From Octopus sinensis (Eukaryota), in the NCBI RefSeq assembly GCF_006345805.1, contig NW_021832298.1, positions 1-31,470 of the forward strand: DNA of 31,470 nt. The letters run 5' to 3'. Within the stretch, counting starts at the first letter, position 1. Each line of letters begins with the position of its first letter. The position numbers and the translations under genes are program-made. The notes beneath the pieces were generated by a model, which saw nothing but the letters and a program-made list of their open reading frames with translations, was not told the origin of the DNA and ran no database searches. Positions 23,383 through 31,470 of this stretch are shown here, piece by piece.

Positions 23383-23986
23383 TATATTTGTAATATTATT
23401 TACAAAGTTTATATATAATAATTGCTAGTGATTTAAATAACTCAGGAGTTGGTGAGAACAGAGTTACAATCTAAATGCATGCAGTATGGGAATCATTTTT
23501 CTCAGTGCCTGGATCGTACGTATTTAACTATAAAATAAATAAATGATCTTATTGTTTAATACGTCGTACTGATAGTTTTGACATATTTTCATGTCATTTT
23601 CAGTTATATAAATCTGGTGTTATTTTAAATTTTTACCGCATAACTAGTTTATGATTTTTGTTTCAATGTTTTATACATTTGCCTTGATTTTTATCTAAAT
23701 TCATTGTCATGCAAGTAAAACTGTGTTTTAGATAAAAGTGAAGCGTGGCCGTTAGAGAAATACTTTATTTTCTACTCAAAACTGATGACTCTAAAGCATT
23801 ATTAATTTATATGAATTAATAAATAGATTTTCGTTTTAAAGTTCACTTGGTACTCATATTGCGACAATCCAGAGTATGAAATGACATTTTGCATTTATTT
23901 CTTACATTTTGAAACGTTAGCATTTTAAAGCCGAAGATAAACTTATTATCAATTGGTTCGTGTGTGTGCGCGCGTGTGTGTGTGTG

Positions 23987-24018
<32 letters not shown>

Positions 24019-24078
24019 GTGTGTGTGCGTGTGTGTGTGTGTAGCAACACCATTTTAACGTTCGTTACCTTCGTATAA

Positions 24079-24420
24079 GGTAGCCAGCTGACAGAATCGT
24101 TAGCACAGTGGACGAAATGCTTAGCGGTATTTCGTCTGCCGCTATGTTCTGAGTTCAAATTCCGCCGAGGTCGACTTTGCCTTTCATTCTTTCGGGGTCG
24201 ATTAAATAAGTACCAGTTACGCACTGGGTCGATATAATCGACTTAATCCGTTTGTCTGTCCTTGTTTGTCCTCTCTGTGTTTAGCCCCTTGTGGGTAGTA
24301 AAGAAATAGGTATTTCGTCAGCCTTTATGATCCGAGTTCGAATTCCGCCGAGATCGACTTAACCTTTCGGGGTTGATGAAATAAGTACCAGTTGTGCACT
24401 GGGGTCGATGTAATCAATTT
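24079..24420 (+). mobile_element. SINE family A, dimeric copy
   Basis: Body repeated at a 183-bp period with the same junction. Confidence 0.85.
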
Positions 24421-24437
24421 AACTACTCCTGGGTACC

Positions 24438-24651
24438 TTTTAGTTGTTTCATTGATTAAACTACGACCATGCTGGGGCACTGCCTTCAAAATTTATAGTC
24501 GAAAGAATCAACACAAGTAATTTTTTAAAGCCTTTTTCTGTTGATCTCTAATGCAAAACCGCTATTTTATGGGGTTATAAATACACCAACACCGGTTGTC
24601 AAGCGGTGATGAAGTACATACGCAAGCTAAAAGACACACAGACAGACAGAC

Positions 24652-24735
<84 letters not shown>

Positions 24736-24784
24736 GGATAGATGGATAGATGGATGGATAGATAGATAGATGGATGGATGGATG

Positions 24785-24837
<53 letters not shown>

Positions 24838-24963
24838 GTGTTTGGTGGATGGATGGATATCCTTCAACCAAATCCACTCACAAGGCTTGCCAAAGGTACC
24901 ACACAGTGTATCTGAACCCGGAACCATATGGTTGGGAAGCAAGCATCTTACCATACAACCACG
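24438..24963 (-). mobile_element. SINE family B with internal (GATA/GGAT)n expansion
   Basis: Tail ~24438-24610, (GATA)n ~24653-24860, head ~24865-24963. Confidence 0.75.
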
Positions 24964-25120
24964 TCAACACATTAGTATAAATTCGCATAAAAACAAATGC
25001 ATCCTTCTGCCAAGCCATATCGATTCAGTATGGGAGAGTAGGTTCATCAAACCAGTATGATCTCAAGCTCAAATTCGTGGCCTCCACATCGGACTGTAGT
25101 TGGTGGAGAGAATTGCATAA

Positions 25121-25346
25121 GCGCGGCAGTAGCTGTGTGGTAAGGAGCTTGCTTACCAACCACATAGGTCCGGGTTCAGTCCCACTGCGTGGCACCTTGA
25201 GCAAGTGTATTCTACTATAGCTTCGAGCCGACTAAAGCCTTGTGAGTGGATTTGGTAGACGGAGACTGAAAGAAGCCCGTCGTATATATATGTGTGTGTG
25301 TATGTGTATATATATGTGTGTGTATATATATATATATATATATAAT

Positions 25347-25392
<46 letters not shown>

Positions 25393-25401
25393 TATATATT
25401 A

Positions 25402-25444
<43 letters not shown>

Positions 25445-25698
25445 TGTATGTATATATGTATATATATACGTATGTGTGTGTATATGTTTTTGTTGTCTGT
25501 GTTTGTCCCCCAACATCGCTTGACAACCGATGCTGGTGTATTTACGTCCCCGTCACTTAGCGGTTCGGCAAAAGGGTCAGATAAAATAAGTGCTAGGCTT
25601 ACAAAGAATGAGTCCTGGGGTCGATTTCTTCCGAGTAAAGGCGATACTCCAGCATGGCCGCAGCCAAATGACTAAAACAAGTAAAAGAGCAAAAGAAT
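25121..25698 (+). mobile_element. SINE family B, full-length
   Basis: Same head, microsatellite and tail architecture. Confidence 0.88.
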
Positions 25699-26166
25699 AG
25701 GCCTTCGTCTTACCAGTGGATTGAACCTGGGCAGTGTAATCTAATCCAGTCCAATCTCCACGTATTCTCATTAGCTTATCAACCACTTGCCGTTCGTTTT
25801 GTCAGTCGACACGACCAAGAAATGTTATCCATGGCATATTGTATTCCTTATTTACTTTTGTTTTCTCCCTAAACCACCCCGAGACCTCAAACACCCTGCT
25901 GTCCGCCCCCCGCAGCTACAGTATTGCGTCGAAACGTAGATTTCCTACCGACCGATCGACCAACCAGCCGACGCCTCTTTATTTTTTTTTCTACTCTACC
26001 AGCAAATATTCTGTAGATAAGACCAGATAAACCCAAACACATATGCGCGCGCGAGCGTGTGCGTGCGTGTGTGTGTGTGTGTGAATATCTGCATGTTATT
26101 TAAGTGTGGGGTTACTATGGTTTGCTTGAAATCGCCCTTACATGCAACAAATGTTTGTTCAATCCG

Positions 26167-26220
<54 letters not shown>

Positions 26221-26308
26221 ATACATACCTTGGGTTTCTGTGCAAGAACGTGAACACGTATTCATGTACGTGCTTGCGTGTGTGCGTGTGTATATGTGTA
26301 TGTGTAGC

Positions 26309-26340
<32 letters not shown>

Positions 26341-26499
26341 AGTAAGTGTGTGTGTGTGTGTATTAAAGACTTCAAGACATAATGTACGTATGAGGTGTAT
26401 TTATCTTGAGCTATTGTCTTCTACCATAGCCTCGGACCGACCAAAACCGTGTGAGTGGATTTGGTAGACGGAAACTGAAAGAAGCCCGTCGTATATATA

Positions 26500-27057
26500 C
26501 ATGGTGGCTGTCCCCTCGTTATCGAGTATGGCCATTGCACGAAGCTTAATCAATGTTGTTATCGTGCAATGCCTGTGCAAGAAGATTTTTTTTAAAGTGA
26601 GGAAAGGCTGTGCACTGAGTCAATCCCACTCACTAAGCAACAGCAGCCATAATCCGAAAAGAAGAACAAGTCAATATCATCGGTAACCACTGAGCCGCAG
26701 GTTTTATGTCGGAGTTATCCCAGTTACCTGAGTTACCTTCTCCTAGAAGGATGCCCTAACAAAGGCTAGGAGTCCTTCACTCCCAATGGCTTAACCGCGC
26801 GATCGGGTATTCAGTCTGGTTATTTCTATGTCCCCGCGCATGATACAGCCTTCAAAGACATTTATTGGTGGCCGTTGACTCTCAAGAGTTCCTCCGCCCT
26901 TTGACGGGGTTTGTTTTTCATCTCGCATGGTGTCCAATAAACACCCTCCTCACCAAGCAAGCTTGGTGGGGTTGCCGGTTTAGTCGCCGACGACCCGACC
27001 ATGCAACAGGTTGTACTGGGTTACATGTTACCGGTAGCACTCGAAAGTGACCTGACA
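26500..27057 (-). mobile_element. Probable non-autonomous RTE-derived interspersed repeat (UTR-like sequence)
   Basis: Complex, non-coding, relatively GC-rich block between SINE-B and microsatellite flanks. It resembles RTE UTR-type repeats as I recall them from cephalopod DNA. No diagnostic protein motif; both class and strand are tentative. Confidence 0.3.
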
Positions 27058-27851
27058 TAACATACATACATACATACATACATATGTTTGTATGTGTTTG
27101 TGTATGTGTGTATGTGTGTATATATGTATTATGTAGGCGTGGCTGTGTGGTAAGAAGCTTGCTTCCCAACCACGTCGGTTTCTTTTATTGCACCGCTAAG
27201 TTACGGGGACATAAACACACCAGCGTCAGTTCTCAAGCGATGGTGGGGGTGACAAACGCAGACACACACACACACACCTCACACACACACATACATATCA
27301 TATACGACAGGCTTCTTTCAGTTTCCGTCTATCGAATCCACTCACAAGGCTTTGGTCGACCCGAGACTGTAGTAGTAGTGGGACTGAACCCGGAACCTTG
27401 TGGTTGGAAAGCAAGCTTCTTACCACACAGCCACGCTTGCATATACACAAACTTGTGCATGTGTGCTTCAATCACATTAGTTTTATTCTTTATTCTTTAT
27501 TCTTTATAATTTTCTCTTTTATTCTTTATACCCCCACCACCCAACCTCACTCTCTCTCCTCCTCTCTTTCTATTATTTCTATTCTTTATTCGTTACCTTT
27601 TATCATTTCCACAAAATCTCTCTCGTCACCACTGTACCACCCCTCTCTCTCTCTTTTTCTCCGTCTCGTTCTCCTTCTCTATCTCTCTCCCTTTCTCACT
27701 CTCTCTCTCTCATACTCCATACATCTTTATTTCTTTGTTCTTCTCCCTTTGTCACTCTCCCTATTTTCTCCCCATTCTCTTTCTGACACTTGTCCTAGTT
27801 TTCTCTAAACCCTTCACAAACCAACCTCCTCTCTCTCTCACTCTCTTTCAC

Positions 27852-27897
<46 letters not shown>

Positions 27898-28047
27898 ACA
27901 AACTCACACACATACACACACACTCACTCACTCCCTCGCACACAATTCCATTTCGTTTTTCTTTCCACACACTCTCTTTCCTCTCTTTCGCACACACACA
28001 CACACACACAGATATCTACTTGTCCCTCTTCCTCTCTCCCTCACCCC

Positions 28048-28078
<31 letters not shown>

Positions 28079-28278
28079 CGCACGCACACACATTCGCACG
28101 CCCTCCTTTTTTCCTTCTTCCTTTCTTTCACACGGACACGCATTTTTCTTTCTTTTTTTCCTTTTTTACTTCCTTTCTCTTTCTCTTTACACATACACTT
28201 ACATTACCTTTCTTCCTCTCTCTCTCTCCGTCTCTCTCACTCTCTCTATCTGTCTCTCACACACACATACACACACAG

Positions 28279-28312
<34 letters not shown>

Positions 28313-28439
28313 AGACACACAAACACACATACCTCTCCACAACCCAAATTGTACCTCACTTTTTAATGCTCCCCGATCTATCTGTCCCTTATCTGTTTCT
28401 GTTCAGCTTCCCCTAAAGTGGTAATCAACCAAATATGTG

Positions 28440-28580
28440 TAACCAGGTGGGAGCTGTCAAACCTTATTCCCTACTGGAAAGGATTAAGGGCGGAGTCGGC
28501 ATGCCGAACGTACTGGGGAATGTCACCGGAAGTCGCGCCCTTTCAGAATGCTTTGTAACTTCCAACTTTTGTTAGTGCGA
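28440..28580 (+). mobile_element. Possible degraded L1/Tx1-type LINE fragment
   Basis: One frame reads ...YSLLERIKGGVGMPNVLG..., similar to the K-GG-L-G-x-P motif after L1/Tx1 RT domains. Single short motif only. Confidence 0.3.
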
Positions 28581-28877
28581 CCATCTGCTTATACACATGT
28601 ATACACTCACATATGTATACACATATATATACATATAAATTGTGTGTGTGTGTGTATGTGTGTGTGTGCGTGCGTGTGTGTATGTATGCATGTATGTATG
28701 TATTTATATTAGGCGCAAGCATGGCTATGTGGTAAGAAATTTGCTTCTCAACCAAATGGTTTCGGGTTCAGTCGCACTTCGTGGCCTCTTGAGCAACTGT
28801 TTTCCACTATAACTTCGGACCCCGATCAAAGCCTTGTGAATGGATCTGTTAGACGGAAACTGAAACAAGCCCGTTTT

Positions 28878-28913
<36 letters not shown>

Positions 28914-29273
28914 GGGGGGGAGAGAAGAAGTAGAGCCCCATTTTGTCGTAGAATTAAGGTGACTTGATTATTGGGTGCCGGCTACAGACGGTGCCAAAGC
29001 ATTAGCTTTGTCGCAGTGGCCTCGAAAACGAATGGGCTAATTACACGACCAGCATGGATACCTACCCTTATAAAAACACCTGGGACGTTGTCGCCCTTTT
29101 CAACCACTTGATGTCGATTATCATTGAAATAACAGACGCTATTGTATACATTTTACACGGCCATCCAGTTTGAAAATCGCTTCATTGGTTCATATAATTG
29201 AATTTAGATGGCGTTCATATTTAGCCATCAGTTTGTTCACAAATACTCTCAGGCACCGATCGAAGTCGTCTTA

Positions 29274-29884
29274 GGTGTGTGGGTGTGTGGTAAGAAGTTC
29301 CGCGTTCAGTCCCATTGCGTGGCACCTTGGGCAAGTGTCTTCTATTATTGCCTGGGGTCGACCAAAACCTTGTGAGTGGATTTGGTAGACGGAAACTGAA
29401 AGAAATCCGTCGTACATATATATATGTGTGTATGTGTGTGTTTGTACGTATATATATATATATCTATATATATATATATATAATCGTGTGGTGTGTGTGT
29501 GTGTGTGTGTGTACGTATATATATATAATATATATATATATGTAACGTATATATATGTGTATGTACGTATATATATATATATATATATATATATAACGGG
29601 AAGCTTTAATGAAAATAAACAAAAGACGAAGGCAGGTGGAAAACAAACGAACAATTGTATATATATATTTGTGTGTGTGTCTGTGTTTGTCCCCCCCCCA
29701 CCATCGCTTGACAACCGATGTAGGTGTGTTTACGTCCCCGCGACATAGCGGTTCGGCAAAAGGCGTCCGATAGAATAAGTACTAGGCTTACAAAGAATAA
29801 GTCCTGGGGTCGATTAGTTCGACTAAAGGCGGTGCTCCAGCGTGGCCGCAGTTAAATGACTGAAACAAAGTAAAAGAATAAAAG
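29274..29884 (+). mobile_element. SINE family B. Further partial B copies at ~2085-2280(-), 4570-4635(+), 4820-4960(+), 5680-5810(-), 6010-6160(-), 12780-12930(+), 14860-15050(-), 15320-15470(+), 19985-20150(+), 26400-26495(+), 27136-27436(mixed), 28715-28880(+)
   Basis: Shared motifs GTGAGTGGATTTGGTAGACGGAAACTGAAAGAAGCCCGTCG and GGCGGTGCTCCAGCATGGCCGCAGTC. Confidence 0.82.
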
Positions 29885-29988
29885 CATAGCAAATAGGATC
29901 CTGATATCACAGCGATTTAATGTCCTTGATCGATCTTAAAATATGTGCGATTGTGTGTGTGTTTTTGTGTATGTTTTTATATATATAA

Positions 29989-30547
29989 CGAGGGTGAATC
30001 AAAAAGTAATGCCATTTTGTTTAGGGCAGGTATAATTACCAACACAGAAACATGTATCATACATCAAAATGAAGCTGGTCCTCTGTGGATCACATCCCTA
30101 CTTCTCAACATAGTCACCATTTCTCTCAATAGCAATGTTTCACCTTCGAATGAGAGTATGTATCCCTGCCCCGTAAAATTCTGTTGACTGTTCTTTGAGC
30201 TACGTCTTCACTACACCTCCTCGTCACTGGGCTATCGTCGTCACTGAGCTATCATCTCTTCGGCCCCATGAAAGAGGGTTTGGGAGGCAAACGTTATTCC
30301 AATGACGAGGAAATGATAACCGTAGAGAAGAAGTGGCTCAAAAACCAGACAACAGAATTTTACGGGGCAGGGATACATGCTCTCATTCGAAAGTGGAACA
30401 TTGCTATTGAGAGAAACCGTGACTATGCTGAGAAGTAGGGATGTGATCCACAGAGGACCAGCTTCATTTGGATGTATGATACGTGTTCCTGTGTTGGTAA
30501 TTATACCTGTCTTAAACAAAATGGCATTACTTTTTGACTTACATACA
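29989..30547. mobile_element. Palindromic mariner-derived MITE built from two copies of the element's 3' end
   Basis: Left arm 29989-~30232 (TIR CGAGGGTGAATCAAAAAGTAATGCC) is the reverse complement of right arm ~30297-30547, about 90-95% identical by manual comparison. 30250-30438 (+) reads YHLFGPMKEGLGGKRYSNDEEMITVEKKWLKNQTTEFYGAGIHALIRKWNIAIERNRDYAEK*, a mariner transposase C-terminus. The last ~10 bp of the right TIR are degraded. Confidence 0.88.
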
Positions 30548-30946
30548 TCTAGGTCTATGCATATTTGTATATATACCTGGTTGACTGGTTGGCTAGCTGG
30601 TTAGTTGTATGGATGGATGGATGGATGGATAGTTGGATGAATGGCTGGATGGATGGATGGATGGATAGATGGATGGATGGCTGCACATATGGATATGCGC
30701 ATGTGCATGTACGTGTGTATGTGTGTATACGCGGTGTGTGCTAGCGTGTAAATGTGTGTATCTCTCTATACCGGTCTAAACCTGTGCATGGAATTGAGAT
30801 CCCCGTGTAAAACAAAAAACGAGAAAGAAGGCCTTACATAGTCAATAAATATCATATTGAAATAGATACTACCCTGATGGTAATGCCCCGGCATGGTTGC
30901 AGTCGTGTGCCTAGAATTAATCTATAATCAATAAATTAATGGTTTC

Positions 30947-31470
30947 CTTTTTTGGCACATGGCCAGCAATTTTAGGAGAAAGGGGTTACACGATTACATC
31001 GACCCCAGTGCCATTTTGTTCGTCGTGCTAACAATTATGCCTGCTCGCCGCCTCGTAGACAAAAAAAAAATAATTTATTTAACTATAGACACAAGACCTG
31101 AAATTTGGTGGAAGTTGTTCTCGATTACAGTGACTCCAGTGCTCGACTGGTGCTTATGTTTTGCAATCCCGAAAGAATAAAAGACAATATTGACCTAAGT
31201 GGAATTTGAACTCGGAACGTTAAAACTGGGAGAATTGCCGAAAAGCATTTTGCCCGACGTGCTAACGATTCTGCCAACCCGCTACTTTACATAAGCAATA
31301 AAATTATCTTTTCTACTAAAGACACAAGGTCTGAAATTTTGAGAGAGGTCACTAATCGATTGCATCGACCTTAGTGTTTCGCTGGTACTTAATCTATCGA
31401 CCCCGAAAGGATAAAAGGCAAAGTCCACCTCGGCGGAATTTGAACTCATAACGTTCACACGGACGAAACA
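30947..31470 (-). mobile_element. Tandem cluster of SINE-A copies (three, partly deleted; runs off the window end)
   Basis: Reverse-complement A motifs at ~30947-31053, ~31080-31282 and ~31305-31470. Confidence 0.75.

Noticed and set aside
25700-25740. B-box-like GGATTGAACC suggesting another tRNA
   Set aside because: No cloverleaf or A box can be built.
27137-27436. 37-bp near-perfect inverted repeat suggesting a MITE
   Set aside because: Both arms are simply SINE-B heads in opposite orientation; no TSD or transposon-type ends.

Overview
Repeat-saturated, AT-rich animal genomic DNA. It is most likely an octopus (coleoid cephalopod) genome, judged from my recall of its tRNA-derived SINE families; this is inference, not a database match. 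The window looks like intronic or intergenic space. The only host protein-coding sequence I can support is one 165-nt exon of a type-B carboxylesterase/neuroligin-family gene (+, 19595-19759). Also present: an intact tRNA-Ala(CGC) (-), a SINE-disrupted tRNA-Ala-like pseudogene, a 5'-truncated DD37D (maT-type) Tc1/mariner pseudogene, a palindromic mariner-derived MITE, RTE-type LINE fragments, a Helentron/DINE-like element, dozens of SINE copies from at least 4 families (my labels A, B, C, V-like) and many microsatellites. Nearly all ORFs in the supplied track are microsatellite or SINE read-through. The most interesting structure is a perfect 111-bp inverted repeat (5037-5147 / 5316-5426). Its loop carries a minimal Penelope-type hammerhead ribozyme on the minus strand with a compensatory U3:A8 core pair in place of C3:G8. 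SINE and repeat boundaries were read by eye and are approximate (about +/-10-20 bp).
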